Below, one piece after another: positions 23,156 to 36,683 of a stretch of 64,000 nucleotides of DNA (position 1 is its first letter; the number at the start of each line of letters is the position of its first letter). Source of the stretch: Mytilus trossulus (taxonomy: Eukaryota); NCBI RefSeq assembly GCF_036588685.1, contig NC_086380.1:21638001-21702000 (forward strand), given 5' to 3'. Both the position numbers and the translations under genes were made by a program. The notes under the pieces are model-generated. The model was not told the origin of the DNA. It did not search any database and saw nothing but the letters and a program-made list of their open reading frames with translations.

Positions 23156-23559
23156 ATAAACATAACAAAAAAAAAAAATAAAAAAAAAATGTATCCTTGA
23201 CATTGGTCACTTGTTCACCACACCCACAATGAATTATAGACGCTATTTTTAAATATTTTCCATGATTTCCTACATTAATGCATTACTTGGGTGACAAAAA
23301 AAATCACACATCATTTTTATCGTTTCTGTTGTTAGTTATGTTATAAAAGTTGAATTATAATTTGTGTTGCGTAATATATATGCATGATGTTAGTCCTTAT
23401 GATGTTAAATCATGCAATATGCCACCAGTTCCAGTTTTCCCACTATTGGTCGGCGATTCATGCAGGTCACTCCGGCTTCATCACCAACAACAACTGACCG
23501 TCTTCTATAACGGAAAATTTTTAAAAACTCAAAAACAATAAGCTGAGCAACCAGGAAAG

Positions 23560-24620
23560 CTGTATTTGCCTTGAAATCAAAAGTGTTATCCTTATATTTG
23601 AATGTTTTCACATACCTTAATTTGTTTGATACATATATAAGTAGTATTTTATGCTATGACAGTGAGATATATGGGGCTTTCGTAAAGCTCCAAATATTGA
23701 AAAAGTTCAGTTAGATTTTTGCAAAAATATTTTAGGTGTCAAACAATGTACAACGAATGTAATGGTGTATTATGAGCTTAGTAGATATCCTTTGATATAT
23801 TCTAGATTGTATAATATTATAAGATACTGGTTTTAACTTCTATCAACGAATAATTGTATTCTTGAAAATTGTTACAAAGACCAGGTACAGAACCAATGTA
23901 ATAACAGAAATAGTTGGATTTATCAACTGAAGTATTTATTGGTTAATTTGGGTTTGAATGATTTCGGTATAACCAAGATAAATTAGTTGTAAAAGACACT
24001 CTTAAGTATTTTATCAAAACTAGAATATTTGATCAAGCTAATCAATATTTGAATCAACTATTGGATGACTCGCCAAAGTGTTTTTTATATAAATACTGTG
24101 TAAATAATGTTCGTTTACAATTTTACCTCACTAAACATGTCAATTTTAGAGTGTATCTAACGAGAATAAGATTGTCTTCACATAACTTATTTGTTGAAAC
24201 AGGACGATATCACGGTGTTAATAGATCAGAACGAAAATGCACTCTCTGTACTTTAAATACAATAGAAGACGAGTTTCATTTAATTTTACAGTGTGATTGT
24301 TATAATGCAATTAGGAGACAGTATATTAAGCCATATAATTATAAGCGTCCATCGTCATTTAAGCTTATACAGTTGTTGAGCACAGAAAATGTAAAAGACA
24401 TGTGTTACCTTAAAAGTTTGTAAATTTCTTTTCCATGCATTTAAACGTAGAACAGACATGTTATAAGTTAACAATACTTACTACAGATTATCATTCTTCT
24501 CGGATGTATTCATTTATCAGTTATATATGTTTTATGTATTTATTTATGATATATTGTATTTGCATATATATCATATTTGTACTAATGAGCATCATTTGCT
24601 CAAAGTAATAAAGAATTGAA
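23560..24620 (+). mobile_element. 5'-truncated, degenerate non-LTR retrotransposon (ORF2 C-terminus and 3' UTR; clade unresolved, RTE-X/CR1-like)
   Basis: ORF 24049-24423: RIRLSSHNLFVETGRY...KCTLCTLNTIEDEFHLILQC (CCHC-type C-terminal motif of LINE ORF2). Upstream part frameshifted; ends AATAAAGAATTGAAT. Confidence 0.75.
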
Positions 24621-24809
24621 TATAACCAATTATCCTGAAAGTGGCGTTAAACACCAAAACAGAATTCATCATTCTTCAATTTCATTGTTACCCTTGAGAT
24701 TAAAACGTTCAGATATTTTTCTTCTGTAGAAATTTAACATTAATTAAAAGAGAAAATTACTATTGTACCCCTATTTTTCTGTTTTGCTCAAACATTGTTG
24801 TGAACATAA

Positions 24810-25027
24810 GGGACGACATCAAAAGTTCAATGAAGGATAAAAAAAACTTAATTCACATAGTTTTTTCACTGACCCCCCCTTCTTAACTTAATTTTAGAAA
24901 AATTGATTGACCCATATGGATATAAGTAAAAATCAATGTCAGATAACCAAATCTTGCAGCAGTTCACTCCCCCCCAAACTATTTGAATTAAGTTTGTTAT
25001 CTTACATTGATCTTTTGATGCCGTCCC
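24810..25027. mobile_element. PIF/Harbinger (Tourist-like) MITE, 218 bp
   Basis: TIR GGGACGACATCAAAAGTTCAATG / CATTGATCTTTTGATGCCGTCCC; TAA on both flanks. Confidence 0.85.
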
Positions 25028-26990
25028 TAATAGAATTATTTATAGATTTTCGTTGATCATCTCAACGAGATTAATTTTCTCGCTTGAGCCGGGAAGGCAA
25101 TCGAGTTGACATGACCAATGCTAATCTTTTTATCGCTATTTTACCTATGACGACGTTGTCAATTTCGTTAGCACAGCCACGTGACTCCTTAGTTTCTAGC
25201 GACAATTTTCCAACTCAAGCAAGTAGAATGATATGAAAAATATCACAAATGATATAAGGAAAAATGAAGATAATACCGATAAAGACTGTTTTAAAATAGA
25301 GACGAATACTTGCTCATTGTTGAAGGTCGTACGGTGACCTATAGTTGTTAATGTCTGTGTCATTTTGGTCTTTTGTGGATAGTTGTCTCTTACACAGCTA
25401 GCTGTAAAATACGGTTTAATCCACCATTTCAGTCTACACAAGGAAATACCTGTACAAAGTTCAGAATATGACAGGTGTTTCCTTTCGTCCTTGGAGCTCG
25501 GTATTTTTTTTTATATTCTTGCAGAGTCACTACTAAGTTGAATAAATCGTACGGTCTCTGTCGGCATGAATGTGGTATACTTGCCAGTGAGACACCTATC
25601 CACAAAAAATCAAATGAAGTTGATTGGGGTGGGGTGGGGGGGGGATGATTTAAGCAATTATAGCCAACACTACGGTTTTCAGAAATGGAAGAACCCATAC
25701 CATATAGTTAGCTATGTCCATTATTGAATTTTGAATAATAAAAATAAATAAATGACGTACTTCAGCGCGGTATAATCTTTTACTTTTTGAGGTAATTATT
25801 ACGCCTTCGAAGTTGTGGACTGCACTTTTATGTACACAAAGTCGATAATAAGATATACTTATAGGATTCGAGCTATTATTAGCCTAATTCATTGACATTG
25901 CAGATCTATATAATGAACCTGTCGGTGATATTCACATAAAAATTATGATACTAACATTGAAAGTTCATTTGCACCACAATTTTTTTCAAAGGTCAAAATA
26001 TAGGGCTGTCCGGCATATTTTCAACGTTTATATGCCCTGAACTTCTCAGAGTTTAAACTTACACTAATTTTCTTAACTACCCCTTCCTCGAATGAAAGGT
26101 TACCACAGATTTCAATGTAAACAATATGCACGTGTTTATTTACTGGTAACATTCTCAAGTTCTGTCTCTGCGATATGGAACACAGAGAGCATAACTGGGA
26201 ACCAGTATGTTAACAAAATTTTCTATGAATATTCAAATTCTCCCCAAAAGAGGCGTGTTCTCAGAAACAACTGTATTTACAAAGTGCAACCTATAAACGA
26301 AAACAACCCGAAATATTATGACAGTGGTGATAATAATGAAACATTTTTTATCTCAATTTATTTCATTCAACTGGATAATGTCATTTTATGTTTGATTTTA
26401 TGTCCGTGTGTTGTAACATTATGCATTTCTTTTGCTGGTTATTATTCAAGTCCAAAATTTCGTCAAATCAGATTCGAGATTTGTGACATCATGCATGCTG
26501 TACCACAGTTATGTTTCCTTTAAAAATAGGCCACAAACAGAAATCATGTCTTAATGCATCACCCAAAATAAAACTTTTGTTAAAGCTTTACAATACAATC
26601 CATTTAAAAATGACCGTTATGAATTATAGCCAATTAAAGAATATTTTTTTGTTGCCCGATCGATCGTAAAAAGAACTTCAAACGCAAAATGGTTTATAAC
26701 GTTAAAATGATTTTTTTTCATTATTGCAATTTTTCAATTAAAAGTTTTCGACTACTTTAATGTTTGTTATCAAATTATTTATTTTCAATTTAGTTTCTGC
26801 GCACAATTTGTTTATTGGCCATACCACAAACAGGGATGCAAATAACTGATAACAACTGCAAGGTCTAGACTGATTAATAGTATGCTGATAACCTGATTGA
26901 CAATTGATAAAAGTGAAGTGCAGCAAGTTAGCATAGTTATACGAAAACGGAGAGAAGGAGTACATGAAATCTGTTGGGTAAGTAGTTACA

Positions 26991-27200
26991 ATAGTTATCA
27001 AAGGTATCAGGATTATAATTTAGTACGCCAGACGCGCGTTTCGTCTACATAAGACTCATCTATGACGCTCAAATCGAAATATTATAAAGCCAAACAAGTA
27101 CAAAGTTGAAGAGCATTGTGGATCCAAAATTCCCAAAACTTGTGCCAAATACAGCTAAGGTAATATTTGCATGGAATAAAAAAATCCTTAGTTTTACAAA
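26991..27200 (+). repeat. interspersed repeat family 4 (ATAGTTATCAAAGGTA..AGGATTATAATTTAGTACGCCAGACG)
   Basis: Further copies at 59337-59645 (+) and about 45745-46020 (-). Confidence 0.75.
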
Positions 27201-27635
27201 GTGGAGAAAGTTAATTAGAGGCCATTGAGAAAAAGAGTTGACGAAAGAGAGCAAAACACCGTGGATAATAAAAAGGCAAACATACATTTCAATGCCCACA
27301 CAACAACTAATACAGAAACCAAAAGTATAGTCAACATGAAACTCACGAAATACCGAGGGTGAACTCTTTTGCATTGATAAGATCAGTAATTTCTATTCCT
27401 GAAATAATACCAGTCGTGTTGCTCATGTGGAAATCCGATATTCTTTATTCAATAACCATGGTTCTTCAAACCTTGGAAGATTAACAAATGTCTCTTTTTG
27501 AACCCGATTTTTTTCTAACATGAACACACGAGAAGTAGTTTTTATGATTTTTTTTGTGCAGACGCAACTTTTAAAATGGGACGTTTTCGAAAATGTATGC
27601 AAATGTTTTGTTTTGTTTTCGCACAGGAAACAACA

Positions 27636-30600
27636 ATGAAACACGTTGTCTTGGTAACAGGCGGTAGTGGATTTCTTGGTCAGCATGTGGTGAAACACTT
27701 ACAACTCTATGGAGAAAATGTTAAAGAAATTAGAGTTTTAGATATGATCGACTATAAGCAAAAGCTAGGTATATATATATACTGATACTTTTAACAATGT
27801 TATTTTTATTAAAATGAGACAACAGTAGTCCATCGGTTTGATATGTAAAAACTGACTAAACAGTTAATATTGTTCCTTTTAAAATTTTTATACGATGATG
27901 ACTGATGTACCCATATTTTGACTATTTCATTTATTGTGTCTGTTTATTTAACGCATCAATGTAAATATAACGGAATTTGATGAGACTGTCATTAAAGTGA
28001 GAGGGTTAGCCCTATAGAACCAGGTTTAATCCACCATTTTCTACATTTGAAAATGCCTGTACTAAGTCAGGAATATGACAGTTCTTGTCCATTCGTTTTT
28101 GATGCGTTTTGTTATTTGATTTTGCCATGTGATTATGGACTTTCCGAATTGATTTTCCTCTAAGTTCAGTATTTTTGTGATTTTACTTTTTACAGATTTA
28201 TTTAAGAAATTGTAAATCAACCACGCACTGTAATATAAAAAGTAGGAAGAACTAGTATGATTGTCAACGTGAGAACTCGCCATATGAGATCAATTGACTG
28301 AGAAATGTAGGTCACCATATGACTTTCAACAATGAACAAAACATATAATGCAGAAAAAGCTTTAAAAGTCACCGAGAGGACAGATTAAACAGTTTAAATC
28401 CCTTTATAACTTGCTGTTCTTTTTATATCTATTGAGAGAAACTAACGACCTGATTGATTTACAAACCAATAAACGAAAAAACAATATTATGAGCAAAAAC
28501 AAACGATTACTCCTGAGTTACATATTAGAAAAGGCATCACAGAAAACTACAGTATTATATATGGATGCAGGCATCAAATCCCCTCTCCTAATCTGGGACA
28601 TTTGCGTAAGAGCACAACATCACATAAGTATATTCTCTTCAGAACGATACAAAACATCAAAAATAAATTATCAAACCTTAAGTACACAAATCTGAGATTA
28701 ATTGTAGTTACCGAAAGCTTGTCCAAAGCCGTTCAGATGATGACAATAATCAAAAGGATGCACGTGTATGTATCACCAACGAAAAATATGTACAGCTGTT
28801 ATGTGTTTAATTGTGTTTAATTCAATTTTTAGAATTTGAGATTAAGAAGCCAATGCAAACATTTACCGGGAGTATAACAGACAAAGATTTAGTAGAACGA
28901 GCTTGCCATCGGGTTGATATTGTTTTACATGTTGCGTCCATTATTGACTACAACCAGTTCCCTAACCAAGCCATTCTAAATGAAGTTAATGTCAAAGGTA
29001 GCCTTCAATTATAAGACTAACTAAATTTGATAATGGTAATTGGGAATATGTCAAAAAGACAAGAACCAGACCAAAATGAAAACAGCCGAAGGCCACCAAT
29101 GGGTCATCAATACAGCGAGAAAATCCTGCACCCGGAGGCGTGCTCCAGCTGGCCCTTAAACAAAAATGTGTACTAGTTCAGTGATATGAATGGACGTCTC
29201 ACTAAATAAGAAATATATAAATGAACAGAAAAAAATTATGAAGACCTAACAAATCTATTTTTAGCTAGCTTAACATTTAGTTAAAGTCATTCAATGTTTT
29301 CTTTTTTGACAGTATACCATTTTTTGTGATGATGTTCTTAATTGCCTCAATATTGTAAAAAATCTTTATGGGTACAAATTGGACAATAAGCATGTAGTTG
29401 TCTTAGTCATACCTTGTCATTGGCTTTGTATACAAATTAAAGAGAAAAATTGATGGAATGGCATGAACTAAAAATGAAGAGAGATCGGATGCGTGTTCAT
29501 CGTGAAAACTATCAAAAACACCAAATTAGGAATCATTACACAGGACGCATATTTGATGCTCGTAATAAGCATAACTCCATGACGAATTAATTTAAAAATT
29601 ATTGCCGAATGACGTTAACGGTAATCTATGGTTCACGGCAATAAAATGTATGTACAGGTTCTATATTCTATGCGATAAATTTTTTTAGATTTTTCCAATA
29701 AAAACCGCAACGATAATTTTTTGAGCCCTCTGACGAATCACAATACGGATATTATGACGAATCAGTGTAACATTTCAATCAATTTGACGCTAACTGTAGC
29801 TGGACATGATAGTTTGACGATTGATGGTAAAGGTAATTTCGACCCTCAAGATTGCTAATATAAGTGGCGTTTTAAAAAGACAAATTAAACTCGAGGTGAA
29901 GAGCATTTCTAGCGAAAAAAGCATCTTCTGCTATGCATTGTATCCCAGTAAAACTTTTTAATGCTTCGAAACCCATCTAATTCATATTATTAACATTTCC
30001 ACAACAGGTACAGAGGTCGTATTGAATGCATGTCGGGAGGAGAATGTACCGTACCTTATTTACTGTAGTTCTAGTTCAGTATATCTTGGTCCGGAGGCTG
30101 TGATGGACGGAACAGAAACATCTGTTTCACAGCCATCTAGATTCTATTATAAAGCCTATGCCTCGTCTAAAGCTAAAGCACAAGATATGGTCTTATCTGC
30201 AAATGGTTCTAAATTGAATAATGGTAAGTACTTATGCCATGTTTAAAACAATGGCCGAATAGTAGTGATATATGTATTATGTTCAACAATTAAGTAGAAA
30301 AAGTAACAACTCAAATTGAGAATGAAAATGGGGAAGATGTCAAAGAGACAACAACCCGACCAAGGAGCAGTTGAGAGCCAATGCAACAGGAAAATCCTAA
30401 ACGCGAAGGTAGTCCTCAGTAGCCCCAAAATTAAATTTTATACTACACTATAGCTTGATGCAATTTGCAATTGAATTGCATTACATTGTGTCGTTTGAGA
30501 TATTACACTTTATTTTACTTAGTGAGACATGTATGCATTTTAACAACATGAATCCACAGAAATAAATGTAATATCCGAGACAACAGAATTCCAATTTTAG

Positions 30601-31863
30601 ACATCAGAATTTGATTGACACATGTTTCTTTTAACAGACGTCACGAGCACGATATGTATTAGATAAATCAATCCTCACATATTTTAGGAGGCTCGCGTGT
30701 AAAAGATTTTCACAGAAAAAAAACCCATTTTTTTTCATTACACATTTCATTTATTACCTTAAGTAGTTGTTACTTTATCATATGACACAAAAATCATTCC
30801 AAAAAATCAATTCGTGTTGGCCCCAGATGACTTTTTAAATGTAGATATCAAGGAAAAAGCTCCAAATTATTTCCGTTTTGTGAAAAAATGCCATTTTTTG
30901 GCATTAAAACTGAAATATCTTTTTTTTTAGCTCATCGGTGATCTATATTTTTCATTATTGTTTTTGAATAAGTTTTACATAAACTAAATAATTGTTAAAT
31001 ATTAGCGATTTCTTCTGTAATTCATTTTTTTTAAATCGATATTACCGCTATATCTCCTATTAGTTTAACAGAAAAAAAGACATTAAGAAAAATGTATGCT
31101 TCTTTCGAAAAAAGATTGTCATCGTAAATGAACGGTGACCCCATTTTTTTATAAAAGAAAACGCAATGTTTTTAATAATGAAATATATCATGATATTGTT
31201 AAGGAATAAGACTGACAGATTTAAAACTTTGGTTAATCCCAAATAAATTAATATGACATTTAACATATATTTTATTATCTATATTATTTACTTTGTTTAT
31301 TATGTATGGCAGGAACTGTTCTGAGAACTCTTGCAATTTTACCTTTGCCTATGTTTGGGGAATTGGACAACGTACAAATACCACTTGCCGTTCGCCCATT
31401 CAAGGGTAAAACATTCCCAGTGGTTGGACCTATGGACGCTACAGTACAGTTCAGTTATGTTGGAAACACTGCAATGATGTTCGTCATAGCAGCAGAAGCT
31501 TTACCTAATAATTCGTCGCTTGGAGGACATTTTTTCTTTGCCGCCGACGATACGCCTCCAGCCTCATATCCCGAAACAATGAAACCTTTTTTTAACCATT
31601 TTGGTACTACGACTTCTAAATGGCATGTTCCGTATTGGATTGCGATGTTTCTGATGTTTCTGTTTTTCTGTGTACTGTTTATCTTGCGGTTCATGAGAGT
31701 TACTTTACCGACAGTACATTTTTCGTTTGGTAGTTTAGCCTTTCTTAATACGACATTTTATGTTACTTACGACAAAGCTAAAACTATGCTTGGATATAAA
31801 CCTCTTTATGAATATGGGTCATGCATCGAAAGAGCCAAAGCGTTTTATGAAAGTATAATTTAA
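27636..31863 (+). CDS. 3-beta-HSD-like extended SDR, paralogue 3 (354 aa); join(27636..27768,28833..28997,30008..30223,31313..31863)
   Basis: Exon lengths 133/165/216/551, all phase-1 introns. Motifs: TGGSGFLG, VLD, VLHVAS, EVNVKGT, YCSSSS, catalytic YASSK. Confidence 0.92.
27890..28192 (+). repeat. interspersed repeat family 2 (GTGAGAGGGTTAGC.CTATAGAACCAGGTTTAAT.CACCATTTTCTAC)
   Basis: Near-identical copy at 40050-40245; others at about 21630 (-), 33225 and 63440. Confidence 0.75.
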
Positions 31864-32269
31864 AAAAGATTGAATGTGACCTTTTTATTTTATTTTTTAA
31901 TTGTTTCGTATGTACAAGTTTTTGGTAAATGTGTATTTTTTTTTCGAATAATTGTTCTTGTAAAACAATATTGATATTCTTTTATGTTCAATGTTATAAA
32001 TATAGTATACATATTTTAAGAATGGAGAACCAATGCTTTATCCTGTGTTTATTCAAAATATTTGCCTACTTCATACTAATAATACTGTTCATGTCTGGAA
32101 AATTTTATATTCAAAAGCAGTCTTTTTAAGATGATCGGCTAATCATGCAGTTATTAATATTTCTTTTTGTTTTGTTCAACATAAACGGTCAGAAACGGTC
32201 AACTATTCAAAAACTGAGATTTGATATTTGCGTTTCGAATTGCAAATACAAATCAAATTATAACTTTAG

Positions 32270-33220
32270 TCGTTTGGTAGTTTAGCCTATCGTAACAGAA
32301 ACCCCGGGCCAATTTCAGCACAACTTTTTTGATCTTTTGGTCCTCGATGCTGTTCAACTTTGTACTTGTTGTCATTTTGATGTTATATTTCACATGGCCA
32401 TAAAAGAGGGAGGTTTGGCATGCCAAAAAAACAGTTTCAACCCACCATTTTTTCCTTTAAAAATGTCCTGTACCAAGTTAGGAATATGGCCATTGTTATA
32501 TTATAATAGTTCGTTTCTGTGTGTGTTACATTTTAACGTTGCGTCGTTTGTTTTCCCATATTTTTTAGTGTAAATTCACATTGCGATAAGACGTGTCACG
32601 GTACTTGTCTATCCCAAATTCATGTATTTGGTTTTGATGTTATATTTGTTATCCTCGTGGGATTTTGTCTGATGATTGGTCCGTTTCTGTGTGTGTTACA
32701 TTTTAGTGTTGTGTCGTTGTTCTCCTCTTATATTCAATGCGTTTGCCTCGGTTTTAGTTTGTTACCACGATTTTGTTTTTTGTCTATGGATTTATGAGTT
32801 TTGAACAGCGGTATACTACTGTTGCCTTTATCTATCTTAATACCAACTTCTATGTTACTTATGACAAAGATTTAATTATGCTTAGATATAAAGCTATTTA
32901 TGACTATGTGTCATGCATCAAAAAAGCTAAAATGTTTTATGAAAGTAAGATTTAAGAAAGATTGAATTTGAATTATTTAAATAAAAAAATATTTCGTGTT
33001 TAAAATTTAACTGTAAATGTGTTTTCTATTCGAATAATGTCTTGTTTAACGATATTAATATTCAATTATGTTCAGTCTTATAAATGTAGTATACATTTTT
33101 TTAAAGACTGATAAGAATGAAGAATCAATGGTTTTCTCCACAAGTATAATTGCAGCGATCAGAAATAAATTATTGCATGTTATTAATACAACAACTCATT
33201 TGTTTATTCGAAATATTTCT
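32270..33220 (+). pseudogene. duplicated 3' end of a 3-beta-HSD paralogue (end of the last exon plus 3' UTR), split by a repeat insertion
   Basis: TCGTTTGGTAGTTTAGCCTATC (32270) then LNTNFYVTYDKDLIMLRYKAIYDYVSCIKKAKMFYESKI* (about 32835-32955) match 31723-31863; downstream UTR similarity continues. Confidence 0.8.
32375..32832 (-). repeat. interspersed repeat family 5 (TAAAGGCAACAGTAGTATACCGC...)
   Basis: Copies at 53348-53680, 54630-54820 and 56336-56412. Confidence 0.65.
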
Positions 33221-33872
33221 ATTCTCAATCCACCATTTTCTACATTAGAAAATGCCTGTTCCAAGTCAGAAATATGACAGTTGTTATCCATTTGTTTGAT
33301 GTGTTTAGACTTCTGATTTTGCCTTTTGATTTTTGATTTTATTTTTTGAATTTTCTTCGGAGTTCAGTATTTTTGTGTTTTTACTTATTTCATATGAGTT
33401 GTACGTAGAATAAAGGCGGATACGAAGCTAACATCAAAGAATGAAAGCTAAAGAAAAAAACATAATATCCAAAAGGAAAAAAAAACCCAAAATAGTCCAT
33501 AAAATGCGACACAGAAAATTAGGATTGCGTACTATACAAAAACCAGATGTAAACTTAAGTGCTTCAAATAAACCAGTTATTGCGGTTTGAGTAAGCGACA
33601 CTCGTAATTGGAAAGCATTTAGAACATAAGAAAAGTCTGGGAATTTCGGTCTACAGACTTATATAATTCTCATAGCCTACAAAAACTACTAATCTAAACC
33701 CGAATAAAAAAGAATTATAAATATTACAAATATTGTCAGGACACAATCATTCCATAACTTTTACATCATTCCATGTTCACTATGAAATAAAAAGCGTTTA
33801 ATGAAATACATAAAAAGATCATAAAAATGTTTTAAAACACCTCACTGTGACATTTTATCCAATATGAATATA

Positions 33873-34257
33873 AAAACATGATATAAATCATATGTTCATC
33901 TTATCATTTTGCGTTTCACACTGAAATGAATAAAATCTTGATGTACAAGGTATATAGAACGATCGTGTTCCGGTAACATTGTGTTACAATCGATGACCAA
34001 GGTAACATCAATCGACATAGGTAACAAAAAACTAGTTCAACATGTTCAAACTTACAATCAAATTAACAGGTACAAATTAAACATGATAATAAAAATATAT
34101 AACTTATGTTTTAGCATGTTTCTTTTTTACGAATTGTTAAAATTTAATTTACTGCTTCCTGCGGCAAATCCGTATAAAAGATTTCCAGCTTCTGATTTTA
34201 GTCACAACTCGTCTTGTCCTCCTTGTATACTATACCCTCTCACTGCTACAGTTAAAG
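33873..34257 (+). promoter_or_regulatory. promoter (TATAAAA 34173-34179) and non-coding exon 1 (about 34200-34257) of Gly/Met-rich gene A
   Basis: TATA box about 25 nt before an Inr-like TTAGTC; donor AAAG|GTATGT; block conserved at about 46.9 kb and about 62.1 kb. Confidence 0.75.
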
Positions 34258-34892
34258 GTATGTTGTTTTATAGTAAATTATGATTTGCAGTTTACTTTTA
34301 ACGAAGGTTTGGATGACTTTAGAAAGATCTGGCTTCTATTATTAGGTCATATCGCTTTTTATGTGTTTTGTTTCTTAAACTTTTATGAGTTTGAGGATTT
34401 CATTATGAATAATTATTTTCCTGTTTGGTCAACAGAAACGTACTAGACAGAGAATTATTTTATCGTTTTGAATTGCAAATACAAAGTCAGAATCATTACC
34501 AATTAAACTTGTAAACTCGATTAAGGTTTTACTTATTTTTTTTTTAAATGTTTGATCTGATATTACGAAACATAGAAAACAATCAATATAATCTACTTAA
34601 AAAATGCTCGTTAAAAGTTTTTATAAGTACGACACAATCCTATTATTAACAAAACAAGGATTGAAATACGAAACATACCCAAATAGACAAGCAATAATTA
34701 AGCGAATTTCTAAAACGGAAGATATGAATTAAAAAAAATAGGTTGTTATTAATAGCTGCTTCCTTTGTGACTTAATAGTTTCTCTCGATTAAAAAATATA
34801 TAAAAAATATTGGTGAATATTGTCTACATTGAAAAAAGTTTAGAAACTGACACTTGCAAATTTAGACTTTGTAAATTCGATCTGGGTCTGGT

Positions 34893-35470
34893 TTTTCCAT
34901 TTATCCTTATCAATATTACTAGACCACTAAATCTCAAAACCAAGGAAAGTTTCTCCATTTATCCTTATCAATATTACTCGACCACTAAATCTCAAAACCA
35001 AGGAAAGTTTCTCAATTTATCCTTATCAATATTTCTAGACCACTAAATCTCAAAACAAAGGAAAGTTTCTCCATTTATCCTTATCAATATTACTCGACCA
35101 CTAAATCTCAAAACCAAGGACAGTTTCTCCATTTATCCTTATCAATATTACTCGACCACTAAATCTCAAAACCAAGGAAAGTTTATCCATTTATCCTTAT
35201 CAATATTACTCGACCACTAAATCTCAAAACCAAGGAAAGTTTCTCCATTTATCCTTATCAATATTACTCGACCACTAAATCTCAAAACCAAGTAAAGTTT
35301 CTTCATTTATCCTTATCAATATTACTCGACCACTAAATCTCAAAACCAAGGAATGTTTATCCATTTATCCTTATCAATATTACTCGACCACTAAATCTCA
35401 AAACCAAGGAAAGTTTATCCATTTATCCTTATCAATATTACTCGACCACTAAATCTCAAAACTAAGGAAA
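34893..35470. repeat. 58-bp minisatellite, about 10 copies, in intron 1 of gene A
   Basis: Unit CCATTTATCCTTATCAATATTACTCGACCACTAAATCTCAAAACCAAGGAAAGTTTCT, head-to-tail. Confidence 0.95.
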
Positions 35471-36683
35471 TGTAAGCGGTAATACAGTTTAGGAGGGAAA
35501 TCACTTAAAGGATACTTCTATTCAATAGACAAACAGTTCAAATATTACATTTATATGTTTATTATATTATACATTATAACACAGCTGAAAAGCAGTAACA
35601 AAACAAAAAGCTGTCGGAGTAGAATTTGATTGTCTAATGAATATTGTCATTACTAATAATTATTTTTATTTATTTTTTTAAACAATACTGAATTGAAATA
35701 TTTAAAAAATATGTCTGAACAGTTTAATGAATTGAAAAAAAGGAAAATAATACCATTCATTGACGGAAGGAAATAATAAAAAAATAATAAGATTAGTACA
35801 TAATTTTACTAAATTGATTGACATATGAATCAAAAGAAGTGTTGGATTCAATGTGGTAATTAAAACCGACAACACAAAAATATCATCCACACAGACTTCT
35901 AAATATCAATCATTTATGTTTGTCTTAAGTTGCTGCCCTTTTGATCTTATTTACAAAATTCTGCAAAATTGTTTTAAAAGAAGAGTTAATCAAGTTTGAA
36001 CATCCATGCGATTATGATTCCATTTACGCTAGCAAATGTACAGCACCAATATGTACGCCTATCTCTCATATAGTCGCTAGAAAGAGAAAGAGTCAATATA
36101 TTTGCATTTGTGAAATGACTTTGAAGTGTTTACATAAAAAAGTGAAACTACATTTTGAAAATAGAATAAATTAAACAACTATTTTTGTATGACATTTAGA
36201 CTTAATTTTAATGTTGTAATCGTTTTTTGTATTAAGTAGAACGCTTTGTGAACACTTTTCCTCTCCTACTGTGCGAGATAATTTCAGTTTCCTTAATATA
36301 AATTATTTTCATTATAAATGTCATCTAATAAACAACAAATACATTTAGAAAATAATATTTACGTGACATATATTGCCTTATAGTGAATATTATAGGTTTT
36401 ATATCATATTGTTATAAAGATTATTGTTAAGAAACGTTTTGCCAATTTATAATTGTTAATAAATTATACAAAAACCGATGGAATCTATAGATTAACACTT
36501 CTTTTTATGATGTTACTACATATCGTTATTACAAAAAAAAAATCAGCTTTGTTTGATTATGTAGAGAACAGATCTAAAATATCATAATGGCCTTGAATGA
36601 CATACTTTTCGGAACCACACAAAAAGAATGTTACTGATTGTTTGTTTTACTGACATTCTCTTGTTATGTTTCAGTCTTTCATT

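Noticed and set aside
26092-26523. 143-aa ORF and the many other 60-100 aa ORFs in the track
   Set aside because: No recognisable domain or splice context; composition typical of AT-rich non-coding or repeat DNA.
34893-35470. CRISPR-like appearance of the 58-bp, 24-bp and 89-bp arrays
   Set aside because: Units are head-to-tail with no unique spacers, there are no cas genes, and the context is eukaryotic.
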